A DNA stretch of 64,000 bases from Sedimentisphaeraceae bacterium JB056 (GTDB lineage Bacteria > Planctomycetota > Phycisphaerae > Sedimentisphaerales > Sedimentisphaeraceae). This document shows positions 9,191 to 20,400 of the stretch, in pieces; the first letter of the stretch is position 1, and every line of letters starts with the position of its first letter. Below the pieces are notes generated by a model. It had not been told where the DNA came from and ran no database searches. It saw only the letters and a list, made by a program, of their open reading frames with translations. The position numbers and the translations under genes were made by a program. The stretch lies in the NCBI GenBank assembly GCA_044440125.1, contig JBITAJ010000011.1:64001-128000 (forward strand). The letters are read 5' to 3'.

Positions 9191-12007
9191 TTAATAAGGT
9201 CCCATTGCTTCTGTGAGCCATTCATCAGCTATTTCAGAATAGTCATATATATTTACATCATCATCTTCATTCGCGTCACCGGGAACGGGTCCGGTAATCG
9301 TAATATTGTCAATATAAAGTTCGTGTATGCCGCCTGAAATATCCGGTGTAATAGAACCGAGATTGGTTCTAACAACCATATAAGGTGTTGTCGCCGTTCT
9401 GACATTAGTTCCGCCGTTAACCTCATCGAGCAGGCAGTGCTCATGATACATAGCATTTGTAATCGGCTCAGGTCCGAATATGGCGTTAGTATCATCCATA
9501 CCGTCATGCTTGGACACTATATGGCCCTGCGCAAGCTGTGTGGCCAAGTCGCTGATATCAGGATCGGATGTGTTTACGCTGTAAAGCAGCATCTCGGCCC
9601 ATCCGTTATCATCAACGTTTCCGCTCCAGTCGGCGGTTATAGTATAGTCACGGCCGGGTACAACCTCGAATACCTGATATACTCCGAAGTAACCTGTCGG
9701 GATGCCTTTTTCCTTAATCTGTACGAGCTGACCGTCTTCAACCTGTGCATAATGCTGGCCGGTCGGACCGTCATCGGTACCCCAGCTAACATAGTTCCAA
9801 CCTACAGGAAGCCCTGTGCCGGCATCAACCTGGCTGAAATCGCCGTTTTCGATAAGGCTTGCCGGTGCACTGTAGAGCCAGTTGGTCGCAAGAACATTTA
9901 TATCCTCAAAATCCACATAGCAATCGCCGTTGAGATCGCCGCTGAGCCCTGAAAGTGCAGGGTCGCAGTAAACATCGCATCCGTTAAGCAGCCCGGTTCC
10001 GAGCTCAAAATTATCGACCTCAAACGGAGCATAGCTGCCTCGCAGGTACCACATTGCGAAGAATTCCGGTTTGCTTCTCTGGAGGAACTGCATCGGAATT
10101 CCCTGCATATTCGGTATCGGTGTCCAGCATGTCTCATTAAGAGTGAGGTTCTTGAAATATACAAAAGCCGTGGAGCCATTATGTATCTGAACCCTGAAGC
10201 TGTAAATATGACCGTTATATATTACAGTATCGCTGTTGGTCCATTCCATATTCGGTGTACCGGCAGGCATTGTAAGGGCGTTATGGAAATAGAGGTCCCA
10301 TTTTGAGTTATCTGTTTCGTTTCGTTTGAAACCAACATGGAATGCCGGGAAGTCGTCTCCGTTTATATCGATAGAACGAATACCAGCGTAAACATTATTC
10401 GCAGTACCATCGCCAAGCTTTCTTGGAACAATGTCAACCTCGAAATAGATATCCATCTCGTCTTCAAGGAACTCGAGTTCGTTAGGATCGGCAAAAGTCT
10501 TTGCCCACTGTCCGGCAGGCTGCGTGTAATCGCAAACAGCCGAAATAGTGTCATTGAAACCGCTGTCTATATACCATTCCTGTATATTGGCATTGTAAAG
10601 ACCAACCCAGCCTTCATCGCCGAGAGTATTACCTATAGTAGCATCCTCAAAATCCTCCTGGGCCAGAGTCACATTCTCTCCCAATACAGCGGTGCCAAAA
10701 CCTAATTCCATATGTTCCATTTTACCGTTGTAAGCGCCTCTCATATAGAAGCCTTTGAAATTAGAGGGCTTGGTAAAATCGGTTGTGTGTGAGAAGTTCA
10801 AAGAAACATCCTGCAAGCCTTCAAGCTCGGTGTATTCCTGCTCGCCGGCTGATATGTTTCGTACCATAACCCAGCCTTTGCCGCCATCGTTGATATTGGT
10901 GAAATTAACGACAAACTCATAAGCTTTATAGGTTGATATCTGATAATCATCGGTGCTTGTATAAGTTGCGCCGTTATTTGCACTGTAAAGCGTAATATCT
11001 CCACCCGGCATAACCTTCAGGAAAAAGCCCGGACGAACTTCGCCTCTGAAACCGAAGAACATAGCCTGATTTCCAAAATGAGCTACAAATTTAGCGTACA
11101 GGTCCGAAGCACTGTCAGATATAATATTATCGAAATTTTTCATAGCCTGTGCTACGCCGTTTCTGTAAAGTGCGCTTGTACCGTAACCTGTCCAGCTGGA
11201 TTCGTTGAATTTAATATTGTTCTCACTCGTACCATATAGCATATACCAGTCATCAGTTACAAGGTTATCTCCAACAATGCCGCCTTCAAAATCTTCAATA
11301 GCAACAACTGGAGTAGGCTCAGGAGCCATCCCAGTACCATACTCAAAATAATCCCACCAGCCGTTGTACTGGCCACGAACCCACAATGAAGTTAAAGTAG
11401 AAGGTTTAGAATAGCCGGCTGTATCCGTAAAATTCATAGACACATCCTGCAATTCAGTCGGAGCTGTATATTCAGTCTCTCCTGCAGAAATATTTCGAAT
11501 CTTAAGTGAGCCGGAATTACCATGGTTGATATTTTTCATCTGTACAACTATCTCATAAGTTGTATTATTTGTAATCGGATATGATACCGTAACAGCAGAT
11601 GCAAAATTGGCAGGCGTCAAAGTAACACCTCCGTTAACAGGATCAAGGGTTACCAGAAGTCCGGGACGAGCTGTACTCAAACCGCCGCGAATCAACTGAT
11701 TGCCGGTAGTCATAATAATTTTAACGTAAACATCCTCATCAGAGTCAGTTACAGTATTCGTAAAATCCATTTTGGCCTGTATGTCTGCAGCGGTAGGCCT
11801 TGCACTTATATCATAACCACTAATCCATGCATCTGTGAATTGCAGTGAGGTAATTTCGGATGCACCGGCAGTTTTATACCATCCTTGAGTAGACAGGTCT
11901 TGCCCAACTGTACCCCCTTGAAAATCTTCGCTCACAACCATATCACATTTGCTGCTTGCCGCAAAAACGCATAACATCAAACAAAAGACAATAGCCAATT
12001 TCTTCAT
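9191..12007 (-). CDS. Secreted protein with three ~200-aa repeats, a CBM-like domain and dockerin-like motifs
   Basis: Signal peptide; repeats start EDFQGGTVG, EDFEGGIVG and EDFEDATIG; GDLNGDCYVDFEDINVLATNWL and GDANEDDDVNIYDYSEIADEWL flank a LIENGDF...YIDNITIT module. Confidence 0.75.
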   Translation of the reverse strand: MKKLAIVFCLMLCVFAASSKCDMVVSEDFQGGTVGQDLSTQGWYKTAGASEITSLQFTDAWISGYDISARPTAADIQAKMDFTNTVTDSDEDVYVKIIMTTGNQLIRGGLSTARPGLLVTLDPVNGGVTLTPANFASAVTVSYPITNNTTYEIVVQMKNINHGNSGSLKIRNISAGETEYTAPTELQDVSMNFTDTAGYSKPSTLTSLWVRGQYNGWWDYFEYGTGMAPEPTPVVAIEDFEGGIVGDNLVTDDWYMLYGTSENNIKFNESSWTGYGTSALYRNGVAQAMKNFDNIISDSASDLYAKFVAHFGNQAMFFGFRGEVRPGFFLKVMPGGDITLYSANNGATYTSTDDYQISTYKAYEFVVNFTNINDGGKGWVMVRNISAGEQEYTELEGLQDVSLNFSHTTDFTKPSNFKGFYMRGAYNGKMEHMELGFGTAVLGENVTLAQEDFEDATIGNTLGDEGWVGLYNANIQEWYIDSGFNDTISAVCDYTQPAGQWAKTFADPNELEFLEDEMDIYFEVDIVPRKLGDGTANNVYAGIRSIDINGDDFPAFHVGFKRNETDNSKWDLYFHNALTMPAGTPNMEWTNSDTVIYNGHIYSFRVQIHNGSTAFVYFKNLTLNETCWTPIPNMQGIPMQFLQRSKPEFFAMWYLRGSYAPFEVDNFELGTGLLNGCDVYCDPALSGLSGDLNGDCYVDFEDINVLATNWLYSAPASLIENGDFSQVDAGTGLPVGWNYVSWGTDDGPTGQHYAQVEDGQLVQIKEKGIPTGYFGVYQVFEVVPGRDYTITADWSGNVDDNGWAEMLLYSVNTSDPDISDLATQLAQGHIVSKHDGMDDTNAIFGPEPITNAMYHEHCLLDEVNGGTNVRTATTPYMVVRTNLGSITPDISGGIHELYIDNITITGPVPGDANEDDDVNIYDYSEIADEWLTEAMGPY

Positions 12008-12147
12008 TTTAAAGTCTCCATAAATAATAATAAAAACACCATCTAAATTCTAAATAATTAAAGATATCATTTCAGAATCAGCACTTATTCTTATTGCCTG
12101 CAAAGCAATTTAACAATAAACTCTATATGAACTTACAGCTTAATTTG

Positions 12148-13335
12148 TCAAGCCAACACTTTACCAGACCTATTTCTTGCAAATTCTCCATCTGCCACTG
12201 TAGAAGTATTAAGATTTTTGACAGAATCTCCCTTAATCAACTTTGTTTCAAACTGCAAACTCATAGCAATAGCATCAGGATTGGCGAGCCTTCTCTCAAT
12301 AAGTTCGGGAACAACCGCACCAATCTCTTCCATGGGAAGCTCAACTGTCGACAAAGAAGGTTGTGAATTTATAGCCTTCTCAAATCCGCAAAAACCAACA
12401 AGACTCATATCATCCGGCACACTCATTCCCATTTCCTGAAGAGCGTTCAAGAACTGAAGCGATATGTTATCATGAGCTGAAACTATAGCTGTTGGACGGG
12501 GATTCATCTTAAGTATCTGCTCAAGCCCTTCCTTAGCAGCATCCGCTAAAGTAACACTTCTGTAATCTCGTTTCAAAAGCATTATTTCATTGGAATAACA
12601 ATTTCCTGCGAGAAATCGTATATTGGCCCATGCAGAATGACGAACAGAAGTGATTGATGGTGGCCATGCATCTATGGACCTATCCTGCTCAAAATGATTA
12701 TTGAAAAAAGAATAAGGACCGTTTTCATGCAAAACATCAAACCATACAATACTTTTGTGTCCATTATCGGAAAGATAAGTGAATATATTCGCCGCAGAGC
12801 GATGCTCGTTGGTATAGACCACATCCACACCGTTTTGGGTATCAAATGAACTCGCATACACTACTGGAGCTATTTTTTTGAGCCTGTTAATCCAGGCAGT
12901 TGGAACTGACTGACGCAGTACAATACCGTCTGCATCCCATCTGGGCCATGAACTTTCGAATTCATCAATATCTTCCACCAGAACCTTCTGGAGCCATCCT
13001 CCCGATTGTTCTAAACTTGAAGTTAACGCACCGCTAAACCTTTGACTCAAGGACTTATGCCCTTTTGTAAAGTCGTCACCCTCATGCATTAACGTATATT
13101 GACCACCATGACCAAAGAAAGGCATAACAACTCTCAGACACCTATTGCTTTTACCGTTACGGCCGCGAGAAGATATTAAAACCTGACCTTGCATATTATA
13201 ACCGAGTTCATCGGCTATATTGCGCACTTTTGCCCTTGTGTCTTCACTCACTCTTCCAGCTCCACGCAAAACACGTGAGACTGTCATCTGACTTACACAA
13301 GCTTTTTCGGCAATGTCTTTAATAGTAACAGACAT
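12148..13335 (-). CDS. LacI family transcriptional regulator
   Basis: VTIKDIAEKACVSQMTVSRVL HTH; C-terminal VPDDMSLVGF...PSLSTV sugar-binding fold motifs. Confidence 0.93.
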   Translation of the reverse strand: MSVTIKDIAEKACVSQMTVSRVLRGAGRVSEDTRAKVRNIADELGYNMQGQVLISSRGRNGKSNRCLRVVMPFFGHGGQYTLMHEGDDFTKGHKSLSQRFSGALTSSLEQSGGWLQKVLVEDIDEFESSWPRWDADGIVLRQSVPTAWINRLKKIAPVVYASSFDTQNGVDVVYTNEHRSAANIFTYLSDNGHKSIVWFDVLHENGPYSFFNNHFEQDRSIDAWPPSITSVRHSAWANIRFLAGNCYSNEIMLLKRDYRSVTLADAAKEGLEQILKMNPRPTAIVSAHDNISLQFLNALQEMGMSVPDDMSLVGFCGFEKAINSQPSLSTVELPMEEIGAVVPELIERRLANPDAIAMSLQFETKLIKGDSVKNLNTSTVADGEFARNRSGKVLA

Positions 13336-13367
13336 AAGCTCCCTTTATGATATAAACACAACAATAA

Positions 13368-13382
13368 ATGTTAATATAACAT
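13368..13382. promoter_or_regulatory. Palindrome upstream of the lacI-type gene, possible autoregulatory operator
   Basis: ATGTTA-ATA-TAACAT about 35 bp upstream of the start codon. Confidence 0.3.
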
Positions 13383-13905
13383 CGTAGCGTAGATAGTCAA
13401 GACTTTTTTCATAAAAATTCCAAAATCTAATCGTTTGTAATTCCCGGAAGAGCTGCCGCTATCCAAAACTGCTTAATAATTGCAAACTGAGTTTTATATG
13501 GTTTATATTGTACGTCAACAAGCTTAATCATTGCATTCCACACTTATATGGACTTGATAACATTCTATGGGCTTGTTTTATGCATTACTAATATGTACAA
13601 TGCGAGCTGCTAAATAGTCAATTATATTATAATTACAGTAGGAATATTTCTTGTGAGGTTTTACATGAATACGGTTCGTCTTATCCCAGTTTGTCTTTTC
13701 ACGGCTATACTGTATCTGAGCAGCAGCCAGGCAATGATGCTAAAATCCGAATTCGCAAGAAAAGTATAAAGCACCTACCAACACTCATAACACAAATACC
13801 AGCAAAGACTTAGCACGCTCAACACCTTTAAAACTTGACTATTATTCTTGAGATTGATATAATCAGGTTTTGGATGGTATACATGTTGTTATCGGAGGTA
13901 GTGCT

Positions 13906-14415
13906 ATGTGTAATATTGGGAAAACCAGTTTTCTGGCTCTGTTCGTCTTAAGTTGCGCTTCATTAAATGCCGTAATGGTAGAGTATAATGCCACTTCAGT
14001 CAGCGGAAATAATTGGGTATATGAGTACACAGTCATAAACAATGAGAGTTTTGATATCCAGTCGCTTTCTATCACCTTTGACACTACTGAATTCACCGAT
14101 CTTGTCATCTCCAGCTCGCCGGATATTTCTGCAGCATGGGATGAACAGCTACTGAATTTCACGCCAGGCTCAGAAATATACGATGTCCTTGCGGTGGGAG
14201 AAAATAAAATAGGCGTAGGAGAAAGCCTTTCAGGATTCAGCGTATCTTTTACATATAACGGCAGTGACTCACCTGGAAATCAGTTCTTTGAGATATACGA
14301 CCCTGAAGATTACACCGAGCCTTTGGCTACCGGCTGGACAACCCCTGTACCTGAACCAAGTACGGTACTGATTTTAGCCGCCGGTTTTTTTGCTACACGT
14401 ATAAAGAAGCGTTAA
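13906..14415 (+). CDS. PEP-CTERM sorting domain protein
   Basis: GGAGG RBS before ATG 13906; signal peptide; C-terminal VPEPSTVLILAAGFFATRIKKR. Confidence 0.9.
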   Translation: MCNIGKTSFLALFVLSCASLNAVMVEYNATSVSGNNWVYEYTVINNESFDIQSLSITFDTTEFTDLVISSSPDISAAWDEQLLNFTPGSEIYDVLAVGENKIGVGESLSGFSVSFTYNGSDSPGNQFFEIYDPEDYTEPLATGWTTPVPEPSTVLILAAGFFATRIKKR

Positions 14416-14477
14416 CTTTTTAAGAAAGCTTTTCTCCTTCACTTTCGTTATTAAAATAACTTTTGTGAGGCAGAAAA

Positions 14478-17400
14478 ATGAGAAAGCTTTTATTAGTAGC
14501 TGTTTTGGCAGGTATTGTCAATGCGGTATCAATACCGTTGAGTGATGCAATAAGCACTTCCGTTCCTACAGTAAATGGAGATGGTTTTTTTTGTGAGGTA
14601 TATTTAGGCAAAGGCGGAGGCACTCCATCGCCAACTGCCATCGAAGGCGTAACACCCAACGCCGACCTCCAGAGCCCCGTATTAAATTTCCCAAATCCGG
14701 GTGACACGGTTTCTGTTTCATCATCATTTCTGGCATTTTTCAATAATACGGTTTATGCCCCTGAATCGGTGCAAAGCCTTACGCCCTCTGGTTTTCTTCT
14801 CCGCTGTACAACAAACTTAAAAATAACTTCAGCACTTGACGAAAACCCTGCTACCCCTGAAATAGACATCTCTATACGTTCAGGCAGTGATGATGGACAT
14901 TATCTTGTCATAGGCAATCAGTTCCTCGGCAGCTCGCCGGATCATGGTTTCACATGGTACTCATACAGCCTTCAGTTTGAAGACGAAGGCCTTTATCCAT
15001 TTTATTTACTATACTCAGCAAACAACGCAGGAATATCCGGCCTCGAAGTTCAATGGGACACCGCTCTTTCCAGCGGATGGGTAGTTCTGCCGCAGGAATA
15101 CGCCTACCCTAACACTGGCGGCGGACAATGCGAACAAAAAGTATACTTTGATGAGCTGACAGAAGGCACTTCAGTTACAACCCAATACCAAAGCATGGGA
15201 GCTGTATTTGAAACTATCAGCGGCAACATAACCGCTACAGCAAGCAAACCTCTTGAATTCGTACCAGTAAGCGCAAGCAATGTTCTGGCCGACCCTGCAA
15301 CAGAACCCACAGAAGAAGGCATCGTCAAGATTTCTTTTGTAGACCCTTCAATCTCCAACCCCGCAACAACCAGCTACTTCTCAACCTATGTAATTGATGC
15401 GGAAGAAACAGGAGCCACTATAACAGCGTACGATCTCGAAGGCACAATACTTGTTCAGGAAACAATAGCGAATAAGGGAAGTGCCTCACAATACTTTACG
15501 GAGATAATCCAGACCGGAATATATGAAATAATTATTTCACTCGGAAGCGGGACAGACACAATCGCACTCGACAATATATGCTGGGCAACGCCGCAGGAAA
15601 TAATACTTCCCGACATCAGCGTATCCAACCTGTCATGTCCCGCTCAAGGTTGGGCAACTATGCCTATAGATATAAGCATAGACCTGGCAAACACAGGCAA
15701 CTCAAGCATCGCCGGCGACTGGACTATGAACTTCTACCTCTCAGACGATCAAATTTATGATTCAGAAACAGACACCTTATGTGACAGCATAACCGTCAGT
15801 AACACTCTGGCATCAGGAGCAAGCACCACGCTTAATGAACAAATCACGTTAGCCGATAATATCAGCGGCGATAAATGGCTGTTAGCCGTAGCTGACGAAA
15901 CCAACGCAATAACAGAATTCCCCGATACTGACAATAACATTGCGGTATCGACAGCCTTGATATCAACAGCAACAGATCACACTTATCCATACTTACTTTC
16001 TCAAGATCCTGAAGACCTTGTACACCCAGGTGTTACTGAGATTGAGATTGAATTTTCAGAAACAGTTTTCAACTTCACAAGCGATGATGTAACATTGCTT
16101 TCTCCAGATTCTCAAAATATCACAATCGACTCTATACAAAACACGGAATCAAACATTTGGGTAATTACGTTCGCCAGACAAACCGCTGTCGGCACATACA
16201 CACTAACCGTATCTTCCAATATTAATGATCAGGCAGGCAACACACTTGACGGCAATAATGATGGTACAAATGACGATGCGTATACAGGAACATTTGAGAT
16301 AACCGAAGACCCGATTCAGACAACACTCTTTAACTGGGTCGAATTCGGCAATCCGGCAAACGGTAACTGGACGGTTTCCACTGACGGCATGAGTGTATTC
16401 CAGAGTATTAACGGCAACCCGACTTTCTTTATAAGCGACTTTGAACTTACTGATTCAAGATTTGAAGGCACATTTAAAGTTGAAACAACAAGCGATGATG
16501 ATTATATAGGATTCGTTTTCGCCGTAAATGATACAGACGACAACCCCGCAACTCTCGAAAGCCCATTCTACCTCGTATCATGGAAGAAAAACGGACAATC
16601 TTCAAGCGGTTATGGCGAAGAAGGTATCAAGCTTATCAGAGTCGACGTGCCGGAAAGTTATAATTACTGGGACTGTGAAAGCGTAAACGGTGAAGTGCTC
16701 CATCAATTCGTAAACACCACGGCAGGATGGGTTAGCAATGTACTCTACACTTTCTCGCTATCCTATCAACCTGCAGAAGGAAACATAAGAGTAATCATAA
16801 CCCGTGAAAGTGACGGGTTTGAAATGTACAACTCCGGTCTCATACAGGATACAAGTCCTCTGGGAACCGGTCGGGTAGGTTTCTACAATTATTCCCAGCA
16901 AAGCGTAAGATACGCAGGTTTCACATCCGCCCTGCTAACACCTCCGGTTGCAGTACCTGGCAGCGGCTACGCATTCAGCTCCGAAACCGATACTATCAAT
17001 CTGGACGCTTCTGCAAGTTACGATCCTGACGAACCTGAATTGGGATTTGACGCAATATCTGAATTGCAATGGGATATAGGAAACGACGGTATTGACGATG
17101 ATACCGGACGAACTAACGCACTGCAGCCGCTGACACTCGCAGAAGCAGTAATTAAAGGTTTAGCCATAGGAAACGACCTTACTGTCGGATTGACAGTTTA
17201 TGACCTTGACGCTAAAAGCGGCTCGGCTACAACAACTGTAACTTATACCAACTTCGCACCAACCGCTGATGCCGGCGGCTCTGGTGATTACGGAACAATC
17301 GCTTATGACGGAACTGTCACCTTGCAGGGAACTGCTTCTGACCCTGACCTTGCCAATAGCGTAGGAGAGGTTCTTACATATGAATGGGATACATCCCCAG

Positions 17401-20400
17401 CTACATCTGCCTCCGAGATTGGTGACGGCTTCAGTCTTGAGCTTTCTCCGCAAGTAAGTCATTCTGAAATTCTTTCTTCCCTTGGCACACAAAGCGGAAC
17501 GATATATTTCAACGTAAAAGATTTGTCAGGATTGATTTCGTCCAGTTCTGCGACAATAGCTGTTGAAGTACCAAACATGGCTATATCCGCACCGAATATC
17601 TACGGGTACGCTTACGCAGGCAAACAGAGCATAGCAAGATATACGGTAGGAAATGCCGGCACATGTCCGGTTGAAGGCTCTTGGGTAGATTCTGTTTATC
17701 TCTCTGATGACAATGTCATTGGAGGCGATTCTCTGGCCGGTACACACAACTACAGCTTCCCGATAAATGTATCACAGTCATATTCAGGCGAAGTGACTTT
17801 CACTGTTCCTTCCGATACACCGGAAGGTCAAAAATGGCTGGTTATCAAAACCAACTCATCATCGAGTATAGTCGAAACCAGCTATACCGACAACACCCTT
17901 ATAGCCGGGCCTATAGAAATACGTCATGTACCGGTAATTGCCGATATGCCTAACGAAACAATAATAGCTCATCAATCATACGTAAGTGAGGTACCAACAC
18001 TTGAAGACGGTACTCCGCCGATAGAATGGTCTGCCGTAGCTATACCGACTTCTTCAGTAACAGTTGATTCTTCGACAGGACAGGTTTCATGGCCCGATCC
18101 TCTGCCTCGTCTCGAACCATATACAATTACAATAGCCGCACAAAACGATGGCGGCTTTGATGAAGAAAGCTGGCAGCTTACAGTAGTAACAACACCGGAA
18201 ATCAACCCGATAAGCACCTATACAATACCTACTGGCGTATCTTTCACATCCAATACTCCTTCACTCAGTGAAGCAACCGCTGTAACATGGACACTGGTAA
18301 GCGGACCATCTGGAATGACTATCAACTCATCAACTGGTCGTGTAACATGGCCGTCTCCGGTAAAAGACGCTTCACCATACACAGTTACAATATCAGCAAC
18401 GAACATCGCCGGAAGCGACACACAAAGCTTTGACATTATCGTAATGGACAAACCTGTGATAGCAGCAATAAGTGATGACAGCGTTGAAGAATGGACTACT
18501 TACACAAGAAACGACATCACTCTTACCGCAGGAAATGACACGACTGTAACATGGTCTCTCATAGACAGACCGGCAGGTATGCTGATCGACTCAATAACTG
18601 CGGCAATTTCATGGGCAAGCGCCATACCTTCAAACAGCAGCTACCGAGTAACCGTCAAAGCTCAGAATGATGCCAGATATGACACCGAAACATTCTATCT
18701 CACAGTCAATGCAAGCCCTGTGATAGCAGGCATAGGTGATGAAGCAATAAGCGGAGCAAGTCCTTATTCTAAAACACCTGTTCTCGTCAGAGGTGCATTG
18801 CCGATTACGTGGGCACTTGTAGATCCTCCGGCAAACATGACTATAGATTCATCGACTGGCATAATAAGCTGGCCTTCACCCGTAGTCTCAACAGATGCCT
18901 ATACAATAACTGTAACAGCAACCAACACAATCGGCTCTGATTCGGAACAATGGGACATATCCGTTCAGGATCCTCCTGCAATAGAAGCAATCGAAGACCA
19001 GAACGTCGGCGAAGGTGAATCTTTCAGCTATGCCCCTGGCCTTCTTTCAGGAACACTTCCGGTAAGCTGGACACTTGTACGAGGCCCATCGGGTCTGACT
19101 GTTGATAACTCAACCGGCGCAGTAAGCTGGGCAGCAGCCGTTGCCGGTGATCCGCACGAAGTAGTGATTCAGGCTCTCAATGAAGTTGGAAGTGACACTG
19201 AAACATTCTATATAAATGTCCCGATTCTATACTCGGCAAACATACAAACCGATACGGAAATAGCAACAGCAGGCACTCCGGTAACTCTCTATGGAAATGC
19301 TTATTGGATTGCTGACAGTTCACCGGCACCGGATGTACCGGTTCTTATAAGAATAATGCTCAAAGGCATGAAACGTACTGTCTCAGTCGTAACAGATTCA
19401 CTCGGAGAATTCAGCTACACATGGACACCGTTTGAAACAGAAGCAGGCCATTATACGATAGCAGCAGATCACCCATCAGTAACTCAGGACATCGTTAAAG
19501 ATGAATTCGACCTTTACGGCATGAGACTATCTCCTGTAGGGATGAGATACGGTCTTGATACAGATGAGGTCAAGTCGGGTACTGTTACAATAAGAAATCT
19601 CGGTGACCAGTCATTGACGGGAATCAGTTGTTCGGTGAACAACCCGTCAAGTGAACAGTTCGATATTCAAGTTACGAGCTGCACTGCGTCCCTAAACGGC
19701 TACGGCGTCGGTGAATTAAAATTCACCGTCAGCGGCAACACAGCAACTTCTTCACCATACACACCAAGTATAGACCTGACATGTGATCAGGGTGCAGACG
19801 CACAGCTTCAGTTTGAGATTATGGTATACGAACCCCAGCCTGTGCTTGAAGCTGATGTTGACAGTCTTGAAGGTGCGATGGTACGCGGCAATAAAAAGTA
19901 TGTTGAATTCACACTTACAAACAGTGGCGGTTCTGCAACAGGTCCGGTACAAGTTGTACTGCCCGCTACTGACTTCATGACACTTGTAACACCTGCGACA
20001 ATGCCGGCCATTGAACCGCATGAAACAGCAACCGTAACATTACAGCTTGAACCTGCCGAAGATGCACCTCTGAATATTAATACCGGCACAATAGCAGTCA
20101 ATGCAGGTAACGCAGGACTAACAATGCCTTACAGCTTTGAATGTGTCTCAGACCTGACAGGCGATCTGCTCATAGAAGCTACAGATGACTACACCTTCCA
20201 AACAGCAGAAGCACCTAAGCTCTTTGGAGCAAGTGTAACAGTAAAAGATCCTGCTGACGGCACAATCCTCTATAGCGGTGTAACGGACGCTTCCGGTGAG
20301 ATATTATTCCCTGATTTACCGGAAGCTTATTACTCAATCGAAGTTAAAGCAGATAACCACGGAACGTTTACTTCAACGATATTGACATCTGGCGGAGAAA

